Source: a phage. Taken from it: 64,000 nt of DNA. The DNA lies in NCBI GenBank assembly GCA_037431425.1, contig GCA_037431425.1_4129.1; one strand, written 5' to 3'. Shown here in pieces: positions 1 to 11,854 of this stretch. The notes under the pieces are model-generated. The model was given only the letters and a program-made list of their open reading frames with translations. It did not search any database and was not told where the DNA came from. Within the stretch, counting starts at the first letter, position 1; each line of letters begins with the position of its first letter. The translations under genes and the position numbers were made by a program.

Positions 1-31
1 TTATGTATTATATGCATATTGAGGACTGATT

Positions 32-862
32 ATGTCATTGGAAAAATTAATCATTTCCGAATTCCGAAAGTACATCATGGATTGTGATAGAGATATCCAG
101 CGTAAATTCAATGAGTATCTTGACAAATATCCATATTTGATGTTTAATCCATTTGAAACTCAAACCGATGTCAAACTTGGATTTTACATTGGGTTTACTC
201 AACGAATTCTACAACAATATGAGATGAAACAAGCAGAGGTTTGGGTAGAAACTGATTCGAATGAGACGAATGTTTTTTACCTGTACTCTTATTATGCGGA
301 AATTGTTAGTTCAATGACACTAGAAGGGTATCTATTCGTCAAAACATCTGATATTGAAAAAATATACATAGAACCTGTATCTTTGGATATGGTTGCCCAG
401 CTTCCAACTATCCAGCAAATGGATGCGAATGAATTAACATATTCAGTATTTGAGTACCTTAATAGAGATGATTTAACTCAAGAAATTGAGAATATGGTTG
501 CATCATATACTTCAACTCTTATATCTAATGGTTCACTTAGAATAGAACTGATTTACGACGATACTAGTACTAATGCAGTACGAGGTACTCGAATTGGAAA
601 AGTTACTATACGTGTTGTCCACAATGATGTAGTACTTGGTTATATTTCGAAACGTGGTCATGACTTGTGTATGATTAACGCATATGTTATTGACCGAAAA
701 GAATGGAACGATTTAATGCAAAAAATCGTAGACGGAAGTGGAATTCGTGATATAATGAGTAATGAAACAGTGATAATTAATCCTGATATTGACTGTGATG
801 TATATTTTCCAGTTCCTGGATTTACACTACGTAATTTTGGTAAATTAAAGGATACAAAATGA
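32..862 (+). CDS. hypothetical protein, 276 aa
   Basis: ATG preceded by GAGGA; long ORF in AT-rich DNA; stop overlaps next start (ATGA). Confidence 0.8.
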   Translation: MSLEKLIISEFRKYIMDCDRDIQRKFNEYLDKYPYLMFNPFETQTDVKLGFYIGFTQRILQQYEMKQAEVWVETDSNETNVFYLYSYYAEIVSSMTLEGYLFVKTSDIEKIYIEPVSLDMVAQLPTIQQMDANELTYSVFEYLNRDDLTQEIENMVASYTSTLISNGSLRIELIYDDTSTNAVRGTRIGKVTIRVVHNDVVLGYISKRGHDLCMINAYVIDRKEWNDLMQKIVDGSGIRDIMSNETVIINPDIDCDVYFPVPGFTLRNFGKLKDTK

Positions 863-1149
863 AAATTTTAGAAGTTTTACTTGAAAAAGATGCATCTGGT
901 ACTCTTTATGTTGGTAATGATTTCAGTCCTGATCCAATTGATATGATGCAGCGTATTCAATCACTGACCCAATCAATTTCAGTTAAACAACCTTTCCTAA
1001 AAGAATTGGAAATTCATTGCGATAAAGACATGGAGCAGCATGATAATGTTATTTCTGATATCAAAAATCTGTTGACAAAGAACGGATATGTGGAGTATAA
1101 TCCTCCTATCGTAATCGTTATCCCTGGCTTCATGAGAGGAACATTGTAA
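859..1149 (+). CDS. hypothetical protein, 96 aa
   Basis: ATGA start/stop overlap with upstream gene. Confidence 0.7.
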   Translation: MKILEVLLEKDASGTLYVGNDFSPDPIDMMQRIQSLTQSISVKQPFLKELEIHCDKDMEQHDNVISDIKNLLTKNGYVEYNPPIVIVIPGFMRGTL

Positions 1150-1418
1150 TGACGAAAGAAGAAATGAAATCTCGCTTAAGCGAACTGAAGAAAGAACGCA
1201 AACTAGTCCGTTTGGACTGGGACATTCTTAACAAAAAAGATGAGCAATCATATGCTAATTGGAGTTCTGATAAAGTTCGCAATGAACGTAGTAAAGAAGA
1301 CAACAAACAGTTTATGGCACTGTCCAAGCGTTTATCTGCATTAAATAGTGAAATTACAGGTCTACAGAAAGAAATTATTTCGATTTTACGAGATGAGATT
1401 AAATCACTATATGAATAA
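1149..1418 (+). CDS. K/E-rich coiled-coil-like protein, 89 aa
   Basis: TAATG overlap with upstream stop; highly charged heptad-like sequence. Confidence 0.7.
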   Translation: MTKEEMKSRLSELKKERKLVRLDWDILNKKDEQSYANWSSDKVRNERSKEDNKQFMALSKRLSALNSEITGLQKEIISILRDEIKSLYE

Positions 1419-1707
1419 ACATGAAGTATTAGTATTAGATAATAAATTCTATGTACCAAATAATGATAGTACTGAAACATATTATCTAATTAATAAAATT
1501 ATGACTGAAACTAATACTTGTTGTCGTCAAATCCCAGGAAAATATGAGTTCAGTCAGTCTATTGGCTATTATCGTTATAATCCATTGGAATCATTTACAA
1601 TTGACGTGTTGAAAGTTATTGACATTCTTGTACAGAATGGGTATAATGAAAAACATGTAAATAACTCAGAATTACCAGTTTCAAAAATCGTTATTTCTAA
1701 TAATTAG
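1411..1707 (+). CDS. hypothetical protein, 98 aa
   Basis: track ORF 1348 trimmed to ATG 1411, which overlaps the upstream stop (ATGAATAA). Confidence 0.65.
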   Translation: MNKHEVLVLDNKFYVPNNDSTETYYLINKIMTETNTCCRQIPGKYEFSQSIGYYRYNPLESFTIDVLKVIDILVQNGYNEKHVNNSELPVSKIVISNN

Positions 1708-1710
1708 AGT

Positions 1711-1738
1711 TGGATAATAACAGATGATGTGATATAAT
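1711..1738 (+). promoter_or_regulatory. sigma70-like promoter TGGATA-N16-TATAAT
   Basis: hexamers read directly; followed by weak hairpin CCTCA/TGAGG plus T-run at 1773-1792, then gene 1821. Confidence 0.4.
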
Positions 1739-1820
1739 GTTTTTATCGGCAGATGTTAAAATGCAAACCATTCCTCAATGATGAGGGTTTTTCATTAAAA
1801 AGAAATAAAAGGGTATTAAA

Positions 1821-2030
1821 ATGGCTAAAGAAATTCACGCACAAGTACTAGATATCACCGACTTCGACCGCACTGTGAACTACATTCAATTCCAGATTCA
1901 TCAAGCTGAAGAAGCTCTTGCTGCATTCCATGGTACTGGTGCAAGGCCAATCCGTTTTGCTCACCTAGTTGCATGGAAGAAAAGTCTACAAGAAGAACTG
2001 TCTGAAATGCGTAAAGCAAATCGTAAGTAA
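1821..2030 (+). CDS. hypothetical protein, 69 aa
   Basis: AAGGG SD; followed by clear terminator. Confidence 0.7.
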   Translation: MAKEIHAQVLDITDFDRTVNYIQFQIHQAEEALAAFHGTGARPIRFAHLVAWKKSLQEELSEMRKANRK

Positions 2031-2039
2031 TCTGTTTTC

Positions 2040-2066
2040 GCCCCATCAATTCTGGTGGGGCATTTT
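2040..2066 (+). terminator. rho-independent terminator
   Basis: GCCCCA...TGGGGC stem followed by ATTTT. Confidence 0.7.
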
Positions 2067-2093
2067 AATCACATAAATCAAGAGGATTAACAC

Positions 2094-2600
2094 ATGAGTA
2101 TCGAGTATTGGTTTTTGTTTGTGTGTATTGGAACACTTGCATTAATTACAATTGGATTAATTTTTAATACAATGATTACTGGAAGTAAGTACTTTAAAAC
2201 ATTCCAGCTTTTAATGTCAGCTATGCCATATAGTGCAGAAGCCGAAAAAACAATTTCTCTAATTTTAGATAAGTTCGATGCAAATCTGTTAGTTGCGAAA
2301 ATTTCGGATTGTGATACAAATATGGTATTTTATTCTACCGTCGATGAATCAGGTTCAAAATATGACAAATGTACATCTCCTATAGTTGCTGAAATTTTTA
2401 TTGGTTCAAAATATTATGCTTACGGGTATGTAAGAAAATATTATTCCGAAGCAAAAGCTGAGTTGACGAAGAAACGCCCATCGGTAAAAACATTAAAACG
2501 TATCATTGCGTTGGAAAATAAACTTCGTGGAGAAATTAATACAAATGAACCACCATCAGTAATTAAATCAAAAAATAATATTGTCGTGGAGTTAGAATGA
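2094..2600 (+). CDS. membrane-anchored protein, 168 aa
   Basis: AGAGGA SD; N-terminal hydrophobic helix (YWFLFVCIGTLALITIGLIF). Confidence 0.75.
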   Translation: MSIEYWFLFVCIGTLALITIGLIFNTMITGSKYFKTFQLLMSAMPYSAEAEKTISLILDKFDANLLVAKISDCDTNMVFYSTVDESGSKYDKCTSPIVAEIFIGSKYYAYGYVRKYYSEAKAELTKKRPSVKTLKRIIALENKLRGEINTNEPPSVIKSKNNIVVELE

Positions 2601-2601
2601 G

Positions 2602-2889
2602 ATGCAGCCTGAAAAATCAAAACAGATCCTTATTGATGTACAAGCTAAATTATTAGATGTTATGAAAATCATCGATGAGTTACCACAGGGTTATAAGTTC
2701 AAAGTTCGTGAGATGTTATCGTGTGCCGAAACTGTTGTTTCTATGTATGATGATGTGCAGAACGGAGTTATTCCTGATATTTTAAACGATGATGTAAATA
2801 ATACCGAAGTGGAAGAGACGATCTCAGAAACAGAAAATGTATCTAATAAAAAAGTACTTGATATTAGTGGTATAAAAATTAATATCTAA
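2602..2889 (+). CDS. acidic hypothetical protein, 95 aa
   Basis: starts 2 nt after upstream stop. Confidence 0.7.
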   Translation: MQPEKSKQILIDVQAKLLDVMKIIDELPQGYKFKVREMLSCAETVVSMYDDVQNGVIPDILNDDVNNTEVEETISETENVSNKKVLDISGIKINI

Positions 2890-2977
2890 AATATTCAATA
2901 AGAGAATTAATGAGTTATTAAATAGTTAGAGATCAAAACACATACATTCGCAGTTACGTCAAAAATCACTTTATATT

Positions 2978-3004
2978 ACCCAGTACTAGTACTGGGTATT
3001 TTTA
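2978..3004 (+). terminator. rho-independent terminator built from two AGTACT copies
   Basis: ACCCAGTACT/AGTACTGGGT perfect palindrome followed by ATTTTT. Confidence 0.75.
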
Positions 3005-3016
3005 TAAGGATATAAA

Positions 3017-3409
3017 ATGACTAAATCTGAACTATATGAAATGATAGATTTCATTTATGAAATGGTACAGGATGAAAAACACATCAATACTATTGGATCA
3101 GGTCCAAGACAAATTGGTAACCAAATGACATATTCTTTGTCCTTATGGTTACACCAACAATTCAATGTTGATTGTTTGTATTTCCGTCCTGATATTGGTG
3201 CATATTATTTTGTCAATTATGATGCACTAATGAAACAAAGCAAGCGACCAGTTGATGAATCATTTGTTACATACCCATTTTACCTTGCTGAATCAGAGGA
3301 AGATGAATTTCAAAAAGAAACCGTTTTAAGCAAAGGCGAAATTTGTATCCCTTACGCACTTAAAGATAAAATGATTTACATCACAGAAGTTATGAAAACA
3401 TGCTGGTAA
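3017..3409 (+). CDS. EE-x-FQ-x-ST motif family protein, 130 aa
   Basis: AAGGA SD; C-terminal SEEDEFQKETV motif shared with paralogues. Confidence 0.75.
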   Translation: MTKSELYEMIDFIYEMVQDEKHINTIGSGPRQIGNQMTYSLSLWLHQQFNVDCLYFRPDIGAYYFVNYDALMKQSKRPVDESFVTYPFYLAESEEDEFQKETVLSKGEICIPYALKDKMIYITEVMKTCW

Positions 3410-3456
3410 GTGCAATGAAACTCAGATATAATACTATGACTTACTAAGGAGAACAT

Positions 3457-4026
3457 ATGAACTTTATTAAATTCAACACATCTGAGTCAGAAGCATACTT
3501 TAATACAAATAATAAATTTAATATTATTCTTAAAGACGGAACGGTTGTTATCGGAGTATCATTGCTTTCATTTGATGGCGAAAAACTCGAAACTGTTTAT
3601 AAATTCACCAATCTTGATGGTGATTATTGGGATACATCAGATGTATCTAAAATTTGCACACATTATGTATTTGAATCTATTGAAGTTGGTGATGGCTGGG
3701 CATTGACCTGCAATGGTAATAAAGTATTTTCTGGTAACATATTTGGGGTAATTTCCAGTAAAGAAATAGTAGACCATCATCTTCATGTTCTCAATAATAA
3801 CGCCAACACTTATACACCTGATAATATCAAAATTCACGATATTGTAACATATATTGATTATAATGGTTTCAGACATAAAGCAATTGTAACTGAAATTAAA
3901 AAACCAAAAAATTATTTCGATCACGGTTTGATTGAAGTATATATGGTAGGTGGCGAAAAACAATACTTTGAACATTTCACTTATACTGGTTGGGATAGAT
4001 TCCTAACCGTTATTGAGGAATACTAA
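3457..4026 (+). CDS. hypothetical protein, 189 aa
   Basis: AAGGAGA SD; long ORF. Confidence 0.8.
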   Translation: MNFIKFNTSESEAYFNTNNKFNIILKDGTVVIGVSLLSFDGEKLETVYKFTNLDGDYWDTSDVSKICTHYVFESIEVGDGWALTCNGNKVFSGNIFGVISSKEIVDHHLHVLNNNANTYTPDNIKIHDIVTYIDYNGFRHKAIVTEIKKPKNYFDHGLIEVYMVGGEKQYFEHFTYTGWDRFLTVIEEY

Positions 4027-4027
4027 C

Positions 4028-4516
4028 ATGCCGATTCGTGGTGTACCAGACCCAATACGTGAAATTCTTAAGCACATTCGCATTGAAACACTAGAAGTTA
4101 ACATGCGTCGTTATAATATATATTACTTTAAAACTTCCGAAATGAGTTCTGTACAGATTGTCATTGGTACATCTATTAAGATTACTCGTGTACTTGATGG
4201 CAGTACTGACTTTGTTGAATACAACGTACTTACTAATAAAGTAACACATACATATAAATGGAGTGGATATAAAACTATTAAATATGAGTTTGACTTAGCT
4301 AGAACCGAAGAAGAACGATTCATGTTGAGTACTATAAATCCAGAAAACTATCCTGACATTGATACATTTTTGCTAATTTTAAAATTGTATAATAAAGCAA
4401 ATGAGAAAGCTAAAGAGTACAATAGAATCATGTATGAACGCAAAAAAGAACGTGTACAAAAAAGTTATGATCTGTATGATAACCCATACGTGAAATATAG
4501 TAAGGGAAAGAAATGA
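4028..4516 (+). CDS. EE-x-F-x-ST motif family protein, 162 aa
   Basis: track ORF trimmed to ATG 4028 after upstream stop, GAGGA SD; motif TEEERFMLSTI. Confidence 0.7.
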   Translation: MPIRGVPDPIREILKHIRIETLEVNMRRYNIYYFKTSEMSSVQIVIGTSIKITRVLDGSTDFVEYNVLTNKVTHTYKWSGYKTIKYEFDLARTEEERFMLSTINPENYPDIDTFLLILKLYNKANEKAKEYNRIMYERKKERVQKSYDLYDNPYVKYSKGKK

Positions 4517-4917
4517 ATAATGAAGTTCAAATTATCATTACTCCACCTATACAAAGTCTGGATGTAACCATTAGTGATTTTTTGGAAAAATACTATGAAT
4601 GGTTTAATGAAGATTCAGTCATTTATAACCATTCATTACCTGATGGTTTCGTTGAGCTTATTGAATTAAATGCCAAATCACTATACTTCTGTGTTGAATA
4701 CAATGATTATATGACAGATGAAGCATATCGTTTTCGTTGTACATTGTATCCTAACCATTTTTCCATTGGTTATAAAGACTATCAGTACTGCACCACAAAC
4801 TATAGTGTAGAGGAAGAATTTCAGTACAATTTACTTTATCCTGATTTAGATTATACGATTGCAGTACTGTTGACTAAAATCATGGATTTTTATAAAGATA
4901 AATATAATGCAGCCTAA
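4513..4917 (+). CDS. EE-x-FQ motif family protein, 134 aa
   Basis: ATGA overlap; motif VEEEFQYNLL. Confidence 0.7.
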   Translation: MNNEVQIIITPPIQSLDVTISDFLEKYYEWFNEDSVIYNHSLPDGFVELIELNAKSLYFCVEYNDYMTDEAYRFRCTLYPNHFSIGYKDYQYCTTNYSVEEEFQYNLLYPDLDYTIAVLLTKIMDFYKDKYNAA

Positions 4918-5092
4918 GACATTCGATGAGTGGTATCAAATACATTACAATATAAATGCAGCAGATATATACTATTTTAAGCTTGAATTGTATATATCAT
5001 TGCGTGACCCAGTTGAGTACTATAACAACATTATCAATTGTGATGATTTTGGTACATATTTTAGTATTGCAGTTATGGATAAAATAAGATGA
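4907..5092 (+). CDS. hypothetical protein, 61 aa
   Basis: overlaps upstream end; coupled to next gene (ATGA). Confidence 0.55.
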   Translation: MQPKTFDEWYQIHYNINAADIYYFKLELYISLRDPVEYYNNIINCDDFGTYFSIAVMDKIR

Positions 5093-5259
5093 CACACAAA
5101 GAATGGTTAGATGAACTAAAGTTCAAACATGATCATTTTGGCCTTGGTATACGCCAGAGTCATTATGATGTGTTAAAAGATAAACAACTTTTCAAATCAT
5201 TAGTACTTGATGAGGATAGTAATCACTGGTACATCTATGAGCTTGCGGTTAGAGATTAG
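5089..5259 (+). CDS. MTHxEW mini-protein family member, 56 aa
   Basis: translated by hand (MTHKEWLDELKF...); below track cut-off; N-terminus matches three paralogues at 6345-6831. Confidence 0.55.
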   Translation: MTHKEWLDELKFKHDHFGLGIRQSHYDVLKDKQLFKSLVLDEDSNHWYIYELAVRD

Positions 5260-5269
5260 AAGATATAGT

Positions 5270-5562
<293 letters not shown>

Positions 5563-5569
5563 TTTTTCA

Positions 5570-5597
5570 TTGACAACCTCAGTATATTTGCTATAAT
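5570..5597 (+). promoter_or_regulatory. sigma70-like promoter TTGACA-N16-TATAAT
   Basis: consensus hexamers read directly upstream of gene 5632. Confidence 0.6.
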
Positions 5598-5631
5598 CAC
5601 TTCAGATGAATAAATCCACGAGGTATCCAAA

Positions 5632-5832
5632 ATGACAAAAGCAGAACTTGTTGCATTATTGGAATCATACCCTGATGATGCATGTATTGAAATTGTACAT
5701 ACTACACGACATTTTGACATTGAAGATGTAGTACGTTATAATGATAAAGGTGTACTAATCATGGAACTGTGTATTGGTGAAGTGAAAACTGTACCTGAAT
5801 CAGAAAAACGTAAAAAAATTAATCAGGAGTAA
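5632..5832 (+). CDS. hypothetical protein, 66 aa
   Basis: GAGGT SD. Confidence 0.65.
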   Translation: MTKAELVALLESYPDDACIEIVHTTRHFDIEDVVRYNDKGVLIMELCIGEVKTVPESEKRKKINQE

Positions 5833-5836
5833 TATT

Positions 5837-6109
5837 ATGCATTTTGAAAAATTCAACACAAGTCGTGACACACGCATTGATGCTCTTTATGAAACCCAAG
5901 ACTCAATTAGTATTCGTACACGTAGTGGTGATGTATATCATGACTGTACTATTGGTTGGGAACAGGGAAGAACACGTAGTGCAGAATTCGATAACTATCG
6001 CTTCTACCAAGGGGACATCACAATCTGGCCTGAAGACGTAGAAGATATTGCAATTGAAGATGAACATAAAGATGAATTTATCAAATTTAATCCCGAAACC
6101 GAATCATAA
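5837..6109 (+). CDS. hypothetical protein, 90 aa
   Basis: AGGAG SD. Confidence 0.7.
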   Translation: MHFEKFNTSRDTRIDALYETQDSISIRTRSGDVYHDCTIGWEQGRTRSAEFDNYRFYQGDITIWPEDVEDIAIEDEHKDEFIKFNPETES

Positions 6110-6114
6110 ATAAC

Positions 6115-6239
<125 letters not shown>

Positions 6240-6246
6240 CAAAAGA

Positions 6247-6320
6247 CGGGGTATAGCACAATTGGATAGTGCAAGAGAATTCTAATCTCTAGGTTGGGGG
6301 TTCAAGTCCCTCTACCTCGG
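6247..6320 (+). tRNA. tRNA-Arg(UCU)
   Basis: hand-folded: acceptor CGGGGTA/TACCTCG (one G-U), D-stem GCAC/GTGC, anticodon loop ATTCTAA, T-loop TTCAAGT. Confidence 0.9.
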
Positions 6321-6344
6321 CCTACTTCAATTAAAGGTTAAACC

Positions 6345-6509
6345 ATGACGCATGAAGAATGGATGAATGACATTAATTTTAGATATGCAGGTATCGGTAA
6401 CTGGAGAAAGTATCATTGGGAAATCATATCAGACCCAGCAGAATACGATAAACTTATGAATCATGAAGTGTATCCGTGGTTCTTTATTGAAATAATGGTA
6501 CGATTATGA
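6345..6509 (+). CDS. MTHEEWM mini-protein, 54 aa
   Basis: translated by hand; ATGA coupling to next paralogue. Confidence 0.6.
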   Translation: MTHEEWMNDINFRYAGIGNWRKYHWEIISDPAEYDKLMNHEVYPWFFIEIMVRL

Positions 6510-6666
6510 CACATGAAGAATGGATGAATGACATTAATTTTAGATATTCGGGTATCGGTAAATGGCTAAAGTATCATTGGGAATTCATTTCAGAGCCACA
6601 TCTGTATGATAAACTTATCAACGATTCTGCATATAAAATGTACTTAATTGAACTACTGGTACGAAC

Positions 6667-6670
<4 letters not shown>
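6506..6670 (+). CDS. MTHEEWM mini-protein, 54 aa
   Basis: near-identical N-terminal half to 6345 copy; ATGA coupling. Confidence 0.6.
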
Positions 6671-6839
<169 letters not shown>

Positions 6840-6843
6840 AATC

Positions 6844-7284
<441 letters not shown>

Positions 7285-7312
7285 GTATCTTAACAACAGA
7301 AGGTATATTGAA

Positions 7313-7552
7313 ATGGGTAAGTATTTTGTGAGTTATAGTTATAATGTATCACGAAAGATTCCACGCGGTGACGGAATGGGATGGTCTTATGATGCATATA
7401 CTTTAAATGAGTCATGTATCATCGAATTACAAGAAAAAGACCTTGACATTTTAAAAATCAAACAATATATTCTTGATGTTGAATTGGCACATCGTACTGA
7501 TACCTATCCAGATGTAAACAACATCAGCATCTTAGTACTAACCAAAGTATAA
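7313..7552 (+). CDS. hypothetical protein, 79 aa
   Basis: track ORF trimmed to ATG 7313 with AGAAGG SD. Confidence 0.6.
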   Translation: MGKYFVSYSYNVSRKIPRGDGMGWSYDAYTLNESCIIELQEKDLDILKIKQYILDVELAHRTDTYPDVNNISILVLTKV

Positions 7553-7622
7553 GATAAAAAGAACTTTACTAAATAATTCCACTGGAGATTAATATGTTTA
7601 AAGATGAACGTCCAGATTTGTA

Positions 7623-7661
<39 letters not shown>

Positions 7662-7667
7662 GAATTC

Positions 7668-8006
7668 CACAATCAGACGTATATGGTGTAAGTTACGTCG
7701 ATGCTATCCAGAACAAGATCTCTGGTACTCTAGGAAGTGGTGAATGTTAACCTAGACGGGTTTGATAATTGGACGATAGGCAATTATTACTTGACTAGCA
7801 GGTTGAAACTAGAGGTGACAGTCCTTCACCAAACTGGAAAGCCGGATGGACTTTTATTTAAAAGGGTAAGGCGTGGAAATATGTTTACTGTAGTTGCTTT
7901 TAGTAGCCTGTACGCCCCACGTCAAGGTAGTCGAAAGGCAAGTTAAAACGGGTGGTTATAAAGCTGAATTAACAGCGGCGTTTAAAAGCGTCACCATCCA
8001 TTTTTT
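7668..8006 (+). ncRNA. candidate structured RNA of about 340 nt, class unknown
   Basis: strong promoter, no SD-led ORF, visibly higher GC than flanks, local hairpins (GGTGA-CAGTCCT-TCACC; CTAG..CTAG), ends in weak hairpin plus T7 run. Confidence 0.4.
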
Positions 8007-8023
8007 TAATTAAAGTTGGCTAT

Positions 8024-8391
<368 letters not shown>

Positions 8392-8401
<10 letters not shown>

Positions 8402-8420
8402 TATTCAGTACTGATATAAT
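8392..8420 (+). promoter_or_regulatory. promoter TGGACA-N17-TATAAT with AGTACT in spacer
   Basis: -10 ends 6 nt before tRNA-Ser(GCU) 5' end. Confidence 0.55.
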
Positions 8421-8426
8421 TAATTT

Positions 8427-8513
<87 letters not shown>

Positions 8514-8525
8514 TAAATTGTTCCA

Positions 8526-8612
<87 letters not shown>

Positions 8613-8662
8613 CTGATATTGTTATTATATGAGTTCTAACGATAATGAAACACTAGGAACAT

Positions 8663-8833
<171 letters not shown>

Positions 8834-8857
8834 ACGAAATTACAATAGGAAATTAAA

Positions 8858-9043
8858 ATGCAACTTTTAATTCTTTCAATATTGTATATTATTATAATGG
8901 TTCCGATATCAATACGTTTAATTACAGTTGAACGATTTTTATCGAAACATGGAAATAGATCTATGATATTTGTACCAATCGGGTTGATATTGTTTGGTAT
9001 ATTTTCATTTATAATGGGAATTAACGCTACATTCATTTCATAG
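8858..9043 (+). CDS. small membrane protein, 61 aa (2 TM)
   Basis: two hydrophobic helices; the antisense track ORF overlaps the tRNA and is rejected. Confidence 0.6.
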   Translation: MQLLILSILYIIIMVPISIRLITVERFLSKHGNRSMIFVPIGLILFGIFSFIMGINATFIS

Positions 9044-9052
9044 GAAACAAAT

Positions 9053-9310
<258 letters not shown>

Positions 9311-9324
9311 ATAAAAAGAACGAA

Positions 9325-9647
<323 letters not shown>

Positions 9648-9649
9648 TA

Positions 9650-9833
<184 letters not shown>

Positions 9834-9913
9834 TAAATAATACAGTAAGATGGCCTCCCCTCCATATCATGAGAGTATAGAGACTTGTTGGTTATCTTAC
9901 TTTTAAACAAACT

Positions 9914-9987
9914 GCCTCAATAGCAAAATTGGTAATGCACACGTTTTGTAAGCGTGAGATTTTTCCGTTCGAGTCGGAATTGGGGCA
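9914..9987 (+). tRNA. tRNA-Thr(UGU)
   Basis: acceptor GCCTCAA/TTGGGGC (one U-G), anticodon stem CACGT/GCGTG, loop TTTGTAA, T-arm TTCCG-TTCGAGT-CGGAA. Confidence 0.88.
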
Positions 9988-10004
9988 CAAAATAAAGGCA
10001 CACT

Positions 10005-10421
10005 ATGACATACAATATTGTTAAAATGGTGAACTATGTATTAAAAAACAACTCATGGTCACTGCATGATGTACAATTAGAAGATATTGGTGAAGTTAGA
10101 GTATTTTGCTATGATGACGATTTGAACGAAACCACTGATTTGAGTAAATGTTTTAATATTTTTCTTGGTTATGAAATCAATAATCATTTTTATTCATTTG
10201 ATGTGTATTTTGAACGAGTTAAAATCAGAATTGCTAATGTAAATAGTGATTATTATGACACTAGAATTGAATTGAATTTTGATGATATAGATACTGAAGA
10301 AAAATTCTTTCAGTACTGTCTCGTAAACGATCTAAATGGATTGACATTTGAGGACATTAAAGCTATACTTAAAGTTCAAAGATTGATACCAGAAGAGGTT
10401 CTAAATCCCTTTAATGACTAG
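10005..10421 (+). CDS. EE-x-FQ-x-ST motif family protein, 138 aa
   Basis: motif TEEKFFQYCLVNDLNGLTFEDI. Confidence 0.75.
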   Translation: MTYNIVKMVNYVLKNNSWSLHDVQLEDIGEVRVFCYDDDLNETTDLSKCFNIFLGYEINNHFYSFDVYFERVKIRIANVNSDYYDTRIELNFDDIDTEEKFFQYCLVNDLNGLTFEDIKAILKVQRLIPEEVLNPFND

Positions 10422-10779
10422 TTTAATAACTCGTATAATGCAAGATGTTCGTAAGAATCTTTATACTGGTAATTTTGATGATCCTAACATAAAAATATTA
10501 TGTTATGATGGATTCACACTGGTACATCCATCAGAATCTAATAATATATACATAGCATATACTTCTCCTAATCTTTTGTATCAATTTGATTTATATAGTA
10601 CATTAGCGAAAGTAATCTTAGATGTTTCAAAGGAGCCAATTTTTATAGCAGTACGTGATATTGAGTACACAGAAGAATCATTATTCCAGTACTCAACGAT
10701 AAATGACATTGGTGGGTTGACATTGGATGAGGTTAATGCTATAATAGCAGTCTCACGTTTGATTGATACTCACAATTAG
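10414..10779 (+). CDS. EE-x-FQ-x-ST motif family protein, 121 aa
   Basis: motif TEESLFQYSTINDIGGLTLDEV; overlaps upstream gene by 8 nt. Confidence 0.75.
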   Translation: MTSLITRIMQDVRKNLYTGNFDDPNIKILCYDGFTLVHPSESNNIYIAYTSPNLLYQFDLYSTLAKVILDVSKEPIFIAVRDIEYTEESLFQYSTINDIGGLTLDEVNAIIAVSRLIDTHN

Positions 10780-10788
10780 GAGATTCAT

Positions 10789-10980
10789 ATGTTCTGGAAT
10801 TTATTATGCTTGTTTGGTCGTACATTAGTTCTTGCAATTATTCATACACCTGGCATTCGTAATTATGTTTCTTATGAATTTAAGAAAAATTATCACAACA
10901 ATACTGAAGATCGTGCAACTAAGATGTGCAAAGACTTCAATGTAGATGTTCCACCATTCAAGAAGTACGAGGATGAATAA
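10789..10980 (+). CDS. hypothetical protein, 63 aa
   Basis: AGGAG SD; hydrophobic N-terminus. Confidence 0.6.
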   Translation: MFWNLLCLFGRTLVLAIIHTPGIRNYVSYEFKKNYHNNTEDRATKMCKDFNVDVPPFKKYEDE

Positions 10981-11264
10981 TGGAATTTATTGTTGCACCT
11001 GATGAACTAAAAACATTCACGTTCCGAGACAATAACAATTATCCTTATACAAATCATTCATTGAATTCATTACATGTTATTTCAATCATTGCATCTGAAT
11101 ACAGAGACAATCCATGTATTGATTTTAAAACCACTGATGGTGAATATACATGGGTGATCCCAAAAGATAAATATAGTTATCAAGGGGCAGTAGAAATTCG
11201 CGACTCGATTCTACAGCAAATTGAAGATGGACATACTCATCCTAAACTAAACATTCAGTACTGA
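10980..11264 (+). CDS. hypothetical protein, 94 aa
   Basis: TAATG coupling. Confidence 0.7.
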   Translation: MEFIVAPDELKTFTFRDNNNYPYTNHSLNSLHVISIIASEYRDNPCIDFKTTDGEYTWVIPKDKYSYQGAVEIRDSILQQIEDGHTHPKLNIQY

Positions 11265-11381
11265 AATCGCTTATCAGAATAACTTCTAATAATAATTATT
11301 TTTCTCTACTATCTAACAGTATTTTACAAGAATTCTGTATTTTTGAAGTTGATTTTTGAACTTCTTATATGTTATACTTAC

Positions 11382-11411
11382 GGCTGATTCAATTATGAAT
11401 CAGCCTTTTTT
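11382..11411 (+). terminator. rho-independent terminator
   Basis: GGCTGATTC..GAATCAGCC stem plus T6. Confidence 0.75.
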
Positions 11412-11429
11412 CTTATGAGGATTAATATA

Positions 11430-11846
11430 ATGAACAGAGAAGTTATTAGTTTAATGGATGAGTATATAAACCAAACGCATCGTTTGATATTTTTAAATGA
11501 ATTCGAGTCCAGAACAACGTATCATTCTGGAGAATATGAGATAACGACTGGATCATTTCTGAACGGATATATGGAGTTTTTTGAACAAAGCGATAATGTT
11601 TTTATTTCCATATCTGAAAAACATGGTGATGGTTGTGTTATTGATGTATGGCCCAATAAAGTAGAGATTGATACTTCACACAAAATTGTAATTGATGTAG
11701 ACGAATCATTATATGATTTAACTGAAGATATGTATATGCAGCTAAATTTTGTATATGACCTAACTAATATAAGTTATTGTAATTTAAGTAAATTATTTTA
11801 TATTTGTGGTGTATTACATAATAATACACAACAAAATAAAGGATAA
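11430..11846 (+). CDS. divergent member of EE-x-FQ family, 138 aa
   Basis: GAGGA SD favours ATG 11430; motif TEDMYMQLNFVYDLTNISY. Confidence 0.65.
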   Translation: MNREVISLMDEYINQTHRLIFLNEFESRTTYHSGEYEITTGSFLNGYMEFFEQSDNVFISISEKHGDGCVIDVWPNKVEIDTSHKIVIDVDESLYDLTEDMYMQLNFVYDLTNISYCNLSKLFYICGVLHNNTQQNKG

Positions 11847-11854
11847 ACATTTAA

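Noticed and set aside
7737-7946. Track ORF of 69 aa on the plus strand
   Set aside because: It starts at a GTG directly abutting its only purine-rich stretch, so there is no usable SD spacing. Its G/R-rich composition is unlike neighbouring proteins. It lies in a GC-elevated unit between a promoter and a T-run, so I treat it as part of a candidate ncRNA.
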